From assembly GCA_963796455.1 (NCBI GenBank), contig CAWCLO010000004.1, positions 800,001 to 864,000 on the forward strand: DNA of 64,000 bases, written 5' to 3'. A program made the translations under genes and the position numbers. The notes beneath the pieces were generated by a model. The model worked only from the letters and a program-made list of their open reading frames with translations. It had not been told where the DNA came from and ran no database searches. This DNA comes from Candidatus Sulfomarinibacteraceae bacterium. GTDB lineage: Bacteria > Acidobacteriota > Thermoanaerobaculia > Thermoanaerobaculales > Sulfomarinibacteraceae. Position 1 is the stretch's first letter. Each line of letters opens with the position of its first letter. Of the stretch, positions 33,624 to 43,157 are shown piece after piece.

Positions 33624-34407
33624 CGGAGTGATCCGGGGTCACCCTTCCGGCCTGACTTGGCCTTTGAGCAGTGACTGCGTTCGACCCGAGCACCGCAATG
33701 GTCTCGTCACCATTGTTGCTGATCTCCTCGATCGAGAATGCTCCGTCGAGGAGAGCGGTTGCACGGGAGAGGAATTGCGTGAACGATATATGAGACCACA
33801 CGTGGAAGTGGATGCTGTAACGAGACTGCATCAATTCCAAGGCACGTTGGCTGGCATTGGCTTCCGAAACCCCTTCCACGAATCGAACCCATTCGAGGTA
33901 GTGCTGCTCGCGGGACCCTTTCGGTCCGTCCCGCCAATCGCGTTCGAGGTGGGCCCAGGAAGTAACCGGTCGCCGGCGATCGAAGGACAGGGTTTTGTTC
34001 GGTACGACGACCAGAACCCTGCCACCCGGCCGCAGGACTCGGGCCCAGGCCCGCAGCGCGCTGATCGGGTCTTCACAGTGTTCGATGAGGTGACTCGCGA
34101 TCACGAAATCCTGGCTATCGTCCGGTACGCCCTGCAGCGTCTCCGCGTCGCTGACGATTTCGACCTGGACAAGACCGTCTGAAGAGATTTCCGGATAGTG
34201 GTGTTTCAGTCCCTCGTTGTCCAGCCTGTCGACGTAGGTCACTCGCATCGCCTCAGAGGGGGGCAGGGGATCGTGGAGTGCGCCGATCTCGATTCCGGTT
34301 CCGAGCAGATATCGGTGCCCGAATGCGACGCGCCGTCTGGTCCGCTGGGCCCTCGATCCGAATCGGAGCCGCGCCAGCACCCGGTCGAAAAGGAATCGAA
34401 TTTCCAT
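33613..34407 (-). CDS. SAM-dependent methyltransferase domain protein
   Basis: GIEIGALHDP, DFVIASHLIEH, RVLRPGG. Confidence 0.8.
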   Translation of the reverse strand: MEIRFLFDRVLARLRFGSRAQRTRRRVAFGHRYLLGTGIEIGALHDPLPPSEAMRVTYVDRLDNEGLKHHYPEISSDGLVQVEIVSDAETLQGVPDDSQDFVIASHLIEHCEDPISALRAWARVLRPGGRVLVVVPNKTLSFDRRRPVTSWAHLERDWRDGPKGSREQHYLEWVRFVEGVSEANASQRALELMQSRYSIHFHVWSHISFTQFLSRATALLDGAFSIEEISNNGDETIAVLGSNAVTAQRPSQAGRVTPDHSDEF

Positions 34408-34459
34408 CGGTCAACCATACCGACGACTCATGGATTGCCGAAACGAGAATCTTCGGATG

Positions 34460-34717
34460 TCAGACGAAATGTGCGTCCAGGCGTTTTTTGAGCGCCCAGC
34501 GAACATCCTCCGTCAGAGAATGCCAACGAACACCCTGGATGGCGCCTTCGAGGGCGTAGAGCATGCTGTAACAACCGCTGCTGGTGGCCTGCCCGATACT
34601 GATGACCGCCTCGACGCTACCCAGGTCGGCGAGTTGGTCGCGGTTTTCGATCCCGATGCATAGCAGCTTTTCCGCCAAAACGTCACCGATGTTCGGCAGA
34701 TCGGTGAGGTGGCTCAT
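34460..34717 (-). CDS. TfoX/Sxy C-terminal domain protein
   Basis: LTDLPNIG, LYALEGAIQGVRW. Confidence 0.85.
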   Translation of the reverse strand: MSHLTDLPNIGDVLAEKLLCIGIENRDQLADLGSVEAVISIGQATSSGCYSMLYALEGAIQGVRWHSLTEDVRWALKKRLDAHFV

Positions 34718-34733
34718 CGGTCGGTCTCCCTGA

Positions 34734-35081
34734 TTACCCGAAAAAGGTCCCGTATGCGTCGCGCTCGACTCCGGCGAGGACTTCACTGAACCGTTCCTTC
34801 TGGCCGATCCAGTCGCAGTAGAGCCAGCGCCTTTTTGTGCGCTGCCACGATACCGACCAACGCTCGCCGACGGTATCGTATCGGAAGCGGGCCACGGGCT
34901 CCGTTGCCCACTCGGTGGTTGAGTTGCCGGCCGTTGGCGATTCCCGGAACAGGGTGACGTCGTTGCCTCGAAAACGGTAGGAAAAACGAAGCTGATTCCG
35001 GTACTCCGGGGGGACGAGATTCATGCAGAATCTTTTGAGGTCGCGGTCCGCCTCGGAGCGTTTTTCGTCTGGAAGGGTCAT
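34734..35081 (-). CDS. DUF3024-like protein
   Basis: PVARFRY...W, ERDAYGTFFG C-terminus. Confidence 0.7.
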   Translation of the reverse strand: MTLPDEKRSEADRDLKRFCMNLVPPEYRNQLRFSYRFRGNDVTLFRESPTAGNSTTEWATEPVARFRYDTVGERWSVSWQRTKRRWLYCDWIGQKERFSEVLAGVERDAYGTFFG

Positions 35082-35172
35082 CTTCGATGATGATTGTATC
35101 GAATCCAGAGGTCTTCGAACAACTCGGCAGTCACGCGGCCGGGGCGGAGCGATCAGTCAGACGAGGAAACCA

Positions 35173-35673
35173 TTAAGAATACAGAGCTGTGCCAGGGTCC
35201 TCTTCGGACATTTTGACCATTTTCTGAAACCGTAAGCCCATCTTTTCAAGCAGTCCGATCGATGCGAGATTCTCCACCGAGGTCAGTCCCACGATGGTCT
35301 CGATACCAAGCGTTCCACGGCCGTATTCCATCACCGCGGAAGCAGCCTCGAAGGCATATCCTGATCTCCAGTATTCGGGCAGCAGCGCAATGCCGACATC
35401 CGAGACATCCAGGATCTCTCGGTACAACAGGCCGCAGACACCAATTGGAGTTCGGTCATCCACAAGCTCGGTCAAGAACTGGCCGTAACCATCCTCCCTC
35501 CGATACGACCAGGGCCCGCTCTGGATGAAGCGCCTCGCATCGGCCAGATTCCGGACGCCCTTATCGCCGATATTGGCAAGAAAGGAGGCTTCGTTGACCA
35601 GCCGCAGTACAAATTCGGCGTCGCTGGCCTGCAAATCACGAAGCCGCAACCGCGGAGTTTCCAGAATCACCAT
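35173..35673 (-). CDS. GNAT family N-acetyltransferase (RimJ/RimL-like)
   Basis: LETPRLRLR, IGDKGVR, YWRSGYAFEAA, NLASIGLLEKMG. Confidence 0.88.
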   Translation of the reverse strand: MVILETPRLRLRDLQASDAEFVLRLVNEASFLANIGDKGVRNLADARRFIQSGPWSYRREDGYGQFLTELVDDRTPIGVCGLLYREILDVSDVGIALLPEYWRSGYAFEAASAVMEYGRGTLGIETIVGLTSVENLASIGLLEKMGLRFQKMVKMSEEDPGTALYS

Positions 35674-35799
35674 GTTTCGCGCCGGTCGATTCGGATTTGA
35701 GTTTCTGATCTGGTGGTCGTTCCAGCAAAAATCACGTTTGTTTCCCTGATTGCTGTGGAAAATCCCGTGGCTGTGCCTCGAGCCGCGGCAGAACGATCT

Positions 35800-36030
35800 T
35801 CACGGGCGACTTGCTGAGATGACCTTGAGGTATTCATCTTCGACCTTTTTCCGGGCCCAGGGTGTTTTGCGCAGAAATTTCAGGCTGGATTTCACCGACG
35901 GGTCACTGTTGAAACAGCGGATCCTGATGCGTTTCCCCAACTCGTTCCAGCCGTAGTGCTGCACCAGGTGATTCACGATCATCTCCAGGGTCTGGCCGTG
36001 GAGAGGGTTGTTCGCTTGTTGCTGAGTCAT
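35800..36030 (-). CDS. VF530 family (DUF2132) DNA-binding protein
   Basis: [38 protein letters not shown]. Confidence 0.88.
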   Translation of the reverse strand: MTQQQANNPLHGQTLEMIVNHLVQHYGWNELGKRIRIRCFNSDPSVKSSLKFLRKTPWARKKVEDEYLKVISASRP

Positions 36031-36042
36031 CGAGTTGCCGGT

Positions 36043-36405
36043 CTACCTCTCCTGCTCGAATTCCTCCTGGCAGTCGATGCAGAACGGGGTTTCCGGCTGC
36101 GCTTCGAGGCGCTCAGGGTGGATTTTTCCATTGCAGCTCCGGCACAACCCGAAGGAGCCCTTGTCGACGGCCGTCAATGCTCCCTCGATCTGCTTCAGCT
36201 TGATTTCGAGCTGCCGCTTGTTCAGCGCCGCCATGTTCTGCATCTGGATCGCATCGGCTCGCGACAGTCTGCCGATCGGGAGATCGAGGTCCACCGGTTT
36301 GGAGTCATCGGCCGTTCTCCCGAGCAGGGTGTTGACCTCGGCTTCCATGGTCAGAAGTCGTTGTCGATAATTTTCAGTCTGGTCACTTTTCTTGGCTGTC
36401 ATCAA
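36043..36405 (-). CDS. TraR/DksA C4-type zinc finger protein
   Basis: IGRLSRADAIQ, FGLCRSC...ERLEAQPETPFCIDC. Confidence 0.88.
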   Translation of the reverse strand: MMTAKKSDQTENYRQRLLTMEAEVNTLLGRTADDSKPVDLDLPIGRLSRADAIQMQNMAALNKRQLEIKLKQIEGALTAVDKGSFGLCRSCNGKIHPERLEAQPETPFCIDCQEEFEQER

Positions 36406-36500
36406 TTCTCCGGCTATCGAACCTGGTGTTTCACGGTATCAAAGAGGCCCGCGAACGCCTATTCAAGGCTCGTGGCGGGTTTGCATTGTGGAGATCAGTA

Positions 36501-37316
36501 CACTGCTGGCCAAACCAGATTGTCATGGAGTTACCCACCATACAACACGTGGTTTACGAGTTGGTTTTTGGCATATCCGGTTCGCGGTTTGGGCGTACCC
36601 GATCCCGATCCCGATCCCGAATTGCAGCGCCAGCGACAGGGACAGGCAACAGCGAACAGGGACAGCGACAGGGAACAGCGATCAGTGATCAGCGGCAGCG
36701 GTCAGGAGTACAGGCGGCAAAGTGGTCACCTCCGGGTCGTTCAAAGGAGAGGGATAGCCGGTGGGCGGCCGATGTCAAGGACAGGCAGGGTGCAGGGCAT
36801 CCTTGACATCGGCCGCCACACCGGCTTGTGGGTATGTGCATGAACGACCCGGAGGTGACCATGTCGTCAGCCGCCACGAACACAAACCTCGTTGCCCACT
36901 CGAAAGCCCTCGAAGCAGCAGGAATCGCGATCAAACTCGTGATGAGAGTTCCCGCTCCGCTGAAATCCATAGCCGATCAGGTGATCCGGTCGGCAAGTTC
37001 AGTCCCTGCGAACCTGGCGGAAGGGCACGGCCGATTCGGTAGAGACCGGTTGAATCACTGGAGAATCGCCTACGCCTCGGCGAAAGAGGTCGACAGCCAC
37101 TTACAGCTCCTCGCCCACGCCGGGGCGATCAGCCCGAACGGAGCCAGTGAAGCGATGAACGCCTTCGATCGGGTCCGTGCGATGACCTGGCGGCTCTTGA
37201 ACCCGAAGATGTGAGCGCTGTTCGCTGCCGCTGATAACTGAACACTGCTCCTGACTACTGTTCGCTGTTGCTGACGCTGTCCCTGAACGCTGTCTGAGAC
37301 TCTGTCTTGGACAAGA
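36501..37316 (+). mobile_element. Duplicated four-helix-bundle element, copy 2
   Basis: Colinear with 17919-18770; only plus-strand gene inside a roughly 38-kb minus-strand run. Confidence 0.7.
36861..37214 (+). CDS. Four helix bundle protein (23S rRNA IVP / TIGR02436-like)
   Basis: 5 aa differences out of 117 versus 18280-18633. Confidence 0.88.
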   Translation: MSSAATNTNLVAHSKALEAAGIAIKLVMRVPAPLKSIADQVIRSASSVPANLAEGHGRFGRDRLNHWRIAYASAKEVDSHLQLLAHAGAISPNGASEAMNAFDRVRAMTWRLLNPKM

Positions 37317-37367
37317 GTGAGATGAACCCGGCCGCACGGGAATTTCGTTTTTTCGTAGGAACGGCGT

Positions 37368-37778
37368 TCATTCCCGCCCCATCGAGGGCTGCCTCAATTC
37401 TCGAGCGAAGGCCAGGACGTGCGAATCAGGATCGAGTGAATAGGCGACCTCATGACCCCAATCGGTCGTTGCCAAAGGACGAAGCTCGGTCGCACCGGAT
37501 CGAATCGCACGCGCGTGGTGGGCCGCCGGATCATCGACCACCAGATAAACCTCGGCTCTCGGTACGCCGCGCGAGCCTGCCGGATCGGGGAGAGCCTCTC
37601 CGAGCAGACGCTTGATTCCACTTTCCGGCATCAGGGCCAGCACAGTGGTTTCGGAGAGTGCGAACTCGGTGATTCCCGGGACATTCAAAGTGGGGTCCAC
37701 GTCCAGCGTTGCGCTGTAAAAGGCGGTGCTCGCAGCCCGGTCGCGAACGTAAAGGATGAAGAAGAACTGCTGCATCAC
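37368..37778 (-). CDS. VOC/glyoxalase family protein
   Basis: ILYVRD...FY, DWGHEVAYSLDPDSHVLAF. Confidence 0.85.
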   Translation of the reverse strand: MMQQFFFILYVRDRAASTAFYSATLDVDPTLNVPGITEFALSETTVLALMPESGIKRLLGEALPDPAGSRGVPRAEVYLVVDDPAAHHARAIRSGATELRPLATTDWGHEVAYSLDPDSHVLAFARELRQPSMGRE

Positions 37779-38113
37779 TTGTTCTTCTTCGGTTTCTTTT
37801 TCTTCGGTTTTGGCGGCGGGAGCTCTTTCTCTGTCAATCTCACGAGTTCACTGATCCATTCCTTGTCGTCGATCTGCTCTCCGATCAGAAAACACGGTTT
37901 GGCCCCGGGATAGGGGGGAGCCTCGACCACATCACCGATGAATGCTCTTCCCGCCTTCGTGGGTTTGAAAAGCAACCGGTTGTCGCACAAAAGTGCCACG
38001 ATCTTGCCCTCGCAGTAGACCGCATATTCCCCAAACATCTTTTTGTGGGTGATCACCCCGGCATTTTCGATCTGGCCGACCACAAATTCGGCAAATTCAG
38101 AATCCGACGCCAT
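37775..38113 (-). CDS. TfoX/Sxy N-terminal domain protein
   Basis: KKMFGEYAVY, LCDNRLLFKPT, PPYPGAK. Confidence 0.85.
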   Translation of the reverse strand: MASDSEFAEFVVGQIENAGVITHKKMFGEYAVYCEGKIVALLCDNRLLFKPTKAGRAFIGDVVEAPPYPGAKPCFLIGEQIDDKEWISELVRLTEKELPPPKPKKKKPKKNK

Positions 38114-38215
38114 TGCAGCTCCCTTTTGCTGTTGTTCCCGACCAACTGAGCCGAACAGATCGTATCACCCAGATGATCAGCTCTTCCGGAAGACGGTAGG
38201 TTGTGCCGGCCTTGC

Positions 38216-38638
38216 TTATTGATTCGTCGCGGCGAGCCATGTTGCGAGGGCGGCGATGACGATACAGAGAGGCGAGAAAAACAATGAGTCGTTGCGTGCG
38301 AATCTGGTGTTGCGGACGCGTTTGAAAAAACCGACGTAGTGGAAATCCCCGATGGCTCGAAGCAGGAAAGACACTGCAATGATCCAGATGCCGATGCGGG
38401 GAACCCAGACCGGAGCGGCTTCAGGAAAGGCTCCGAGCCAAACTGAAATCAGCGCGCCGGCCAGAAGCGCGGCCGCAACCAGCAGTGTCAGAGCTTTACC
38501 CGGCTCGAACAGAGGCCTGCCATCGACTGTCGGAACAGCTCCACCTTTTCCTAACTTGTCGCCAAACGCCCAGACGATATGTACGGCCGAGAGGGCCATA
38601 AACAGGACCGAAAGCAGGATGGCGGGTATCGGGATCAT
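38216..38638 (-). CDS. DUF3995-like membrane protein
   Basis: HIVWAFG, LRAIGDFHYVGFFK, FSPLC. Confidence 0.75.
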   Translation of the reverse strand: MIPIPAILLSVLFMALSAVHIVWAFGDKLGKGGAVPTVDGRPLFEPGKALTLLVAAALLAGALISVWLGAFPEAAPVWVPRIGIWIIAVSFLLRAIGDFHYVGFFKRVRNTRFARNDSLFFSPLCIVIAALATWLAATNQ

Positions 38639-38725
38639 CTGTTCCTCAGAATTGTCGGTCAGAGCACTTCCGGGTTGTTCAGGGCCTGGGTCGAGGGCCG
38701 GTTCGGGCGAAGCCTGTGCTCGGCT

Positions 38726-39529
38726 TCAGGGTGTCCGCGCAACCGCCACGACCCGGAAGCCGACGTCGCTTTGGCGATGATCGGGTGGGAAGAAGTCACG
38801 AAAATAGGGTAGCGCGCGGTTGGAATGGGTCAACCACGAACCGCCCCGCATAACCCTGAACGACCCTTCGAGCGGACCTCGGGGATCCGTGGTTTCTTCG
38901 GAGGGGTAGGGGCCCTTCCAGTCCTCGCACCACTCGTACACGTTGCCGAGCATGTCGTACAGGCCCCATCCATTGCTGGCCTTCCGACCCACGGGGTGCG
39001 TGGTGCCGCCGCTATTCGGCGTGAACCACGCAGCAGATTCGGGGTCGCCTTCTGGATCCTCGGTGTCGCCCGCCCGGCAGGCGTACTCCCATTCGGCCTC
39101 GGTTGGGAGGCGGTACCGGGCTTTCTCGTCCAAAGAATTCAACGTCTTCAAAAACGTTGTAGTGTCAAACCAACTGACATTCTCCACGGGCCGATCGTCG
39201 CCCTGAAAACGTGATGGGTTGCTGTCGACAACAGCTCGCCACTGGGCCTGTGTCACCTCCGTCGTGGCCATGTAGAAGGGCCGGCTGATGGTCACTGTGT
39301 GGATCGGTTGCTCGTGGCTGCCGGCTCCGTCGGAATCCGATCCCATGACGAAAGTGCCGGCTGGAATTCGCACGAATTCCATTCCGATGTCATTGGTCCA
39401 ACTCTGATGAGTGGGGCCTGGATCGATTTTTGTGGTGGCGGGATCGTTGAGCGCTATTTCCTGTCGGTTGCATGCTGATGTCGTTGTCAGGATCAGGACG
39501 ATAGCCGACAGCAGCATTACGAACTGCAT
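38726..39529 (-). CDS. Formylglycine-generating enzyme (SUMF1/FGE-sulfatase) family protein, possible lipoprotein
   Basis: IPAGTFVMGS, TEVTQAQW, RLPTEAEWEYACRAG, GLYDMLGNVYEWC, RGGSW, GFRV. Confidence 0.88.
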   Translation of the reverse strand: MQFVMLLSAIVLILTTTSACNRQEIALNDPATTKIDPGPTHQSWTNDIGMEFVRIPAGTFVMGSDSDGAGSHEQPIHTVTISRPFYMATTEVTQAQWRAVVDSNPSRFQGDDRPVENVSWFDTTTFLKTLNSLDEKARYRLPTEAEWEYACRAGDTEDPEGDPESAAWFTPNSGGTTHPVGRKASNGWGLYDMLGNVYEWCEDWKGPYPSEETTDPRGPLEGSFRVMRGGSWLTHSNRALPYFRDFFPPDHRQSDVGFRVVAVARTP

Positions 39530-39683
39530 ACGGAAAGGTGTTTTGCCGGATTGAACTTGCATTGAAATCAACCGTGTGACTGAGCTGTGGGAAGCCCGAG
39601 GATCCTCCTTTCCGAAACTACGATGAGGCCGCAGCAATTGTTTCGAGCGCAGGAGGCGGGTGGTGCCGTTGTTCAGGTTCTCG

Positions 39684-40365
39684 TCAGTTCGAGGCCTTGA
39701 AGAACTCTTCGGGAAGCGGTTTCTGGCATCTCGAACACAAGTGCTCTTCAGCGTCCTTCTCGATAGTCTGCCGGATTGAAATCGTGACCGCAATTTGGGC
39801 ATGAAGTCGGCGTCGGCCCCGGGTCCCGCGCCGGCTTCACGCGAGACCGAGGGTTCTTTCTGTTCCGCCACCAGTTGCCCACCGAATGCGCGTACATGAA
39901 CAGATAGGAACCGACAATCAGCTTCGCGATCGTCCCCAGGTAGAACATGAGGTTGTCCCGGAACACGCCCAGGTATTCTTGGATGTTTTCCATCCCGCGC
40001 AGATTGATCAACGCCGATGCCACGCTGCCGAGTTTCGGGAGGGTGGAGATGACCAGAAAGATTCCGAGTACCGCAAACGCCAGATCCTGGATCTCTTCGA
40101 TTCTCAGCGCGGCTGACTCGTGGTTGTCGGAGTCCTGAAACAGCCATTGCACGAGCCGCTCCCGGCGGACGATCAGTCCGATGCCAGTGGATACCAGAAC
40201 CAAAAGCGGCAGGAGCCAGGCGAGGACGATGACCGCGCCGCGTCCGCTGTATTCCTCCGGAAAAAACGGCATCGAGATCAGTGCCTGGAGCAAAGGTAGC
40301 GCCGCGATGAGCGCGTAGATGCCTGTGAGGACAAAGGCGAGTTTTCCGAGGTCCTGGATTTTCAC
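39684..40365 (-). pseudogene. Membrane protein with C-terminal zinc ribbon, +1 frameshift near 39755
   Basis: CPNCGHDFNPADYRE, then the next frame continues DAEEHLCSRCQKPLPEEFFKASN*. Confidence 0.55.
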
Positions 40366-40395
40366 TGCCGTTCCCTTCTGAATTTGAATCGACTT

Positions 40396-40593
40396 CTATT
40401 GTCCGGAAAAGAAGAAGCCCGCCGCCAGGATGAGGATCACGAGGCCGAACAGAACAGAGAGGATTCGAAATCGAATCCTCAGGCCACGTGATGGTTCCGG
40501 TAGGGGGGAGAAAAGACCATCATTCTTCACGAATGACATGAGCACCCACACGATGCCAAGTAATGCGAGAAAGTATGAGAATCGCAAGACCAT
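40396..40593 (-). CDS. Small 2-TM membrane protein
   Basis: SD-like ggggag; hydrophobic. Confidence 0.55.
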   Translation of the reverse strand: MVLRFSYFLALLGIVWVLMSFVKNDGLFSPLPEPSRGLRIRFRILSVLFGLVILILAAGFFFSGQ

Positions 40594-40637
40594 CTCCCCT
40601 GTGAAAGACTACGATGTGCCTCGAGCAATATTCGGTG

Positions 40638-41249
40638 TCAACGCCCCGGTCGCCTGAAAGTCCGGCGCGCGCGTTCGACCTTGGCTCTGGTCACACAGTC
40701 CTCCGCATGATCGTTGACCAGTCCCATCGCCTGCATGAAGGCATAGACGGTGGTCGGTCCGATGAATTTCCAGCCCTGCTTTTTCAGATCCTTTGACAAA
40801 GCGATGGATTCCGCAGAGGTTGAAACGGTCTGCGGTTCTTCGAGCCCAGTCGGAGCGGCTTCATATCGCCAGATGAAGGCCGCCAGCGAGCCTTCTCGTT
40901 CGACCAGTTCCTGCGCCCGCCGCGCGTTGTTGATGACCGCTTCGATCTTGCCCCGGTGGCGGACGATGCCTTCATCCTGCAGCAGACGATCGATGTCGCG
41001 CTGGCTGAAACCTGCAATCCGGTCGAAATCGAATTGATGGAAGGCGGCGCGAAAATTCTCGCGCTTGGCCAGGATGGTCCGCCAACTCAGTCCGGATTGG
41101 AAACCTTCCAGACATATTTTTTCGAATAGACGACGATCATCGTCCACCGGAAAGCCCCACTCGGTATCGTGATATTCGAAAAACTCGGGCGCCGCGCCAC
41201 TCCAGCGGCAGCGAGGTTTGCCGTCGGGACCAAGGATCGTAGTGCTCAT
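40638..41249 (-). CDS. tag: DNA-3-methyladenine glycosylase I
   Basis: YHDTEWG, LEGFQSGLSW, GIVRHRGKI, GPTTVYAFMQAMGLVNDH. Confidence 0.92.
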   Translation of the reverse strand: MSTTILGPDGKPRCRWSGAAPEFFEYHDTEWGFPVDDDRRLFEKICLEGFQSGLSWRTILAKRENFRAAFHQFDFDRIAGFSQRDIDRLLQDEGIVRHRGKIEAVINNARRAQELVEREGSLAAFIWRYEAAPTGLEEPQTVSTSAESIALSKDLKKQGWKFIGPTTVYAFMQAMGLVNDHAEDCVTRAKVERARRTFRRPGR

Positions 41250-41317
41250 GTGTTGTCTTAACAACGGCACGGGAGGTGAGATTTCGGTGAAACTGCCCTG
41301 GTGCCTGATTCAGGACC

Positions 41318-41662
41318 TTATTCTTCGATCAACCCCAATGGGTTTCCCTCGGGATCTTTGATGAGGGCGAAACGAAGATCGCCGTATTGCGTCGGCGGAA
41401 TGCGGAGGCTCCCGCCGAGAGACTCGGCCTTCTCGATCGAAGACTGCAAATCGTCCACCTCGACATAAATGACGACCTCGGGACCACTCTTCGGTTCGTG
41501 TCGAATACCGGCGGTGAGTTCTCCCGGAATCTCCGCATCGTGGTAATCGAAGCCGCCCACTTCCCTCCGCGTCATGCCCCAACCGAATAACTTTCCGTAG
41601 AAATCCTGGAGCTTGTATCCATCAAGACCGGCGATCTCGATGTGCTTGATTTTCGCGGCCAT
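41318..41662 (-). CDS. VOC family protein
   Basis: HIEI, FYGKLFGW, DPEGNPLGL. Confidence 0.85.
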   Translation of the reverse strand: MAAKIKHIEIAGLDGYKLQDFYGKLFGWGMTRREVGGFDYHDAEIPGELTAGIRHEPKSGPEVVIYVEVDDLQSSIEKAESLGGSLRIPPTQYGDLRFALIKDPEGNPLGLIEE

Positions 41663-41724
41663 TCGTCCACCTCTTTTCTGGTTCGCCTCATGGGAGGCGG
41701 GGCCGGGGTCGCTCTACCGAAGGG

Positions 41725-42162
41725 TCAGCCGTCGTCCTGTCGATCGTCGTGACCTGCTGGTGCGTGTGCGGCATGCTGTATTGCTTCGCCACCGATGTGG
41801 TCCCACGGGGCCTTCGATCCGACGAAAATGTGCATTTCGATCTCGACGCCTGGATCGTCGTCGAGGCACCCCAAGGTCAGACCATGAACCGTTCCGTCAT
41901 GAATTCCACACAGAGTCGAGCCGCACTTTGAGCAGAATCCCATTCCCCATCCCGCCCCTGTTTCGTGGAATGAAAGAAGGTTCTCACCCGACAGCCATTC
42001 CAGTGAACTCGACGCTGAGAGTTCTGCGTACGCTGAAGATGCCCCGCTGAAAGCCTTGCGGCATCGAGAGCAATGACAAGCCCTGGCATTTTGCAGTGGA
42101 CCCACGAGTCTGTAACTCACGGAGCCACAGAAACAACTGCCATGGAGGGTCGGATGTGCCAT
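41725..42162 (-). CDS. GFA family protein
   Basis: GSCFCG, CHCSRCRK, FCSKCGS, HIFVGSKAPW. Confidence 0.88.
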   Translation of the reverse strand: MAHPTLHGSCFCGSVSYRLVGPLQNARACHCSRCRKAFSGASSAYAELSASSSLEWLSGENLLSFHETGAGWGMGFCSKCGSTLCGIHDGTVHGLTLGCLDDDPGVEIEMHIFVGSKAPWDHIGGEAIQHAAHAPAGHDDRQDDG

Positions 42163-42252
42163 CAGAGACTCCTAGCTGTCCGAGTCCGGCGGTCCCCAGA
42201 TGCATCCCAGGGTCCGGGCGAACGAACTACCAGGGTTTCCCAAGCGGTTGCC

Positions 42253-42605
42253 CTAGCCGGAAATATGAGGCGCCTTCGCGGCGCTCTCTTTGAAAATGAA
42301 CGCGGCCATGAGGACCAGCAAAATGGTGACAAAGCCGAGCGGGATCTTTCCGCCACGAACAACATTGCAGCGGAACCAAGAAACGCCAGAGCCACGACCG
42401 CTGCGCCCCACATTCTCGTCCCCCGAAAAACCAGGAGAGCTCCTCCTACCAGTTGTACCAGGCCAAAAATGACGACCGAGGTGGTACCAAGTCCCGCGCT
42501 CTCAAAAAATTTCACTTCCTCTGTCATGCGCATGACCTTTGGTATGCCCGCGGCAATGCTCAGGACTGTTATGAGAATGAGGTTGATCGTTCGTAGGACG
42601 GTCAT
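42253..42605 (-). pseudogene. DoxX-like membrane protein, frameshift near 42350
   Basis: AAGIPKV...AMLFV, then alternative frame GKIPLGFVTILLVLMAAFIFKE...*. Confidence 0.55.
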
Positions 42606-43090
42606 TCGATCGCCTGTGCTGGAATGAGAACATTCGATGCATGGAGATGGACGATCTTCCATTCTCCGTTCCGGATGTGAAGCACAAACGTCCGCCGAGA
42701 GAATGAATAGGTTTCGGACAGCGGTAGATCCGGCAACTGGCCGAGATGAAAGGTCACGATGGCGCTCTCGCCCAACAATTGGACCTCGAGATCACGATGA
42801 ACCAGATTCATCCGAACAGGGCCGTCGACTTCGTGCTCGAGACTGCTGAAAAACGGTTCAAAAAGAGCCGATATCTGGGCGCGACCCCGAATGCGTTGTG
42901 GCGAACTGGTGAGAGGAGCGAAAACCGTAGCGTCCTCTGCAACGTGGACGAGCATTCCGTCCAGGTCGGCCCGACTCAATGCATCCAGAAACCCCTCGAC
43001 CACGAAGACAGGGCCGGCATCATTCCCGTGTGCAGGCAAAAAGAGCGAAGCAAAGGTGACAAGAATGAGAAGGCACTTCAAAACTCTCAC
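42602..43090 (-). CDS. Exported SnoaL/NTF2 family protein
   Basis: Signal peptide; RRTFVL...WKIVHLHAS. Confidence 0.75.
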   Translation of the reverse strand: MRVLKCLLILVTFASLFLPAHGNDAGPVFVVEGFLDALSRADLDGMLVHVAEDATVFAPLTSSPQRIRGRAQISALFEPFFSSLEHEVDGPVRMNLVHRDLEVQLLGESAIVTFHLGQLPDLPLSETYSFSRRTFVLHIRNGEWKIVHLHASNVLIPAQAIE

Positions 43091-43157
43091 TTTTTAGCTC
43101 CCGGATGTCTCTCGAAGCAAGCTCAATAGATCGATTTCGCCGGGCGGGCCTCTCCCG

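Noticed and set aside
18280..37214. Diversity-generating retroelement (Avd-like genes)
   Set aside because: No reverse transcriptase and no TR/VR pair with adenine-specific differences in the window; the FGE-domain gene at 38726 has no visible template repeat
38726..40147. 473-aa ORF as a single long FGE protein
   Set aside because: The N-terminal ~200 aa overlap another gene in a different frame and look non-coding; the signal-peptide-like start is near 39529
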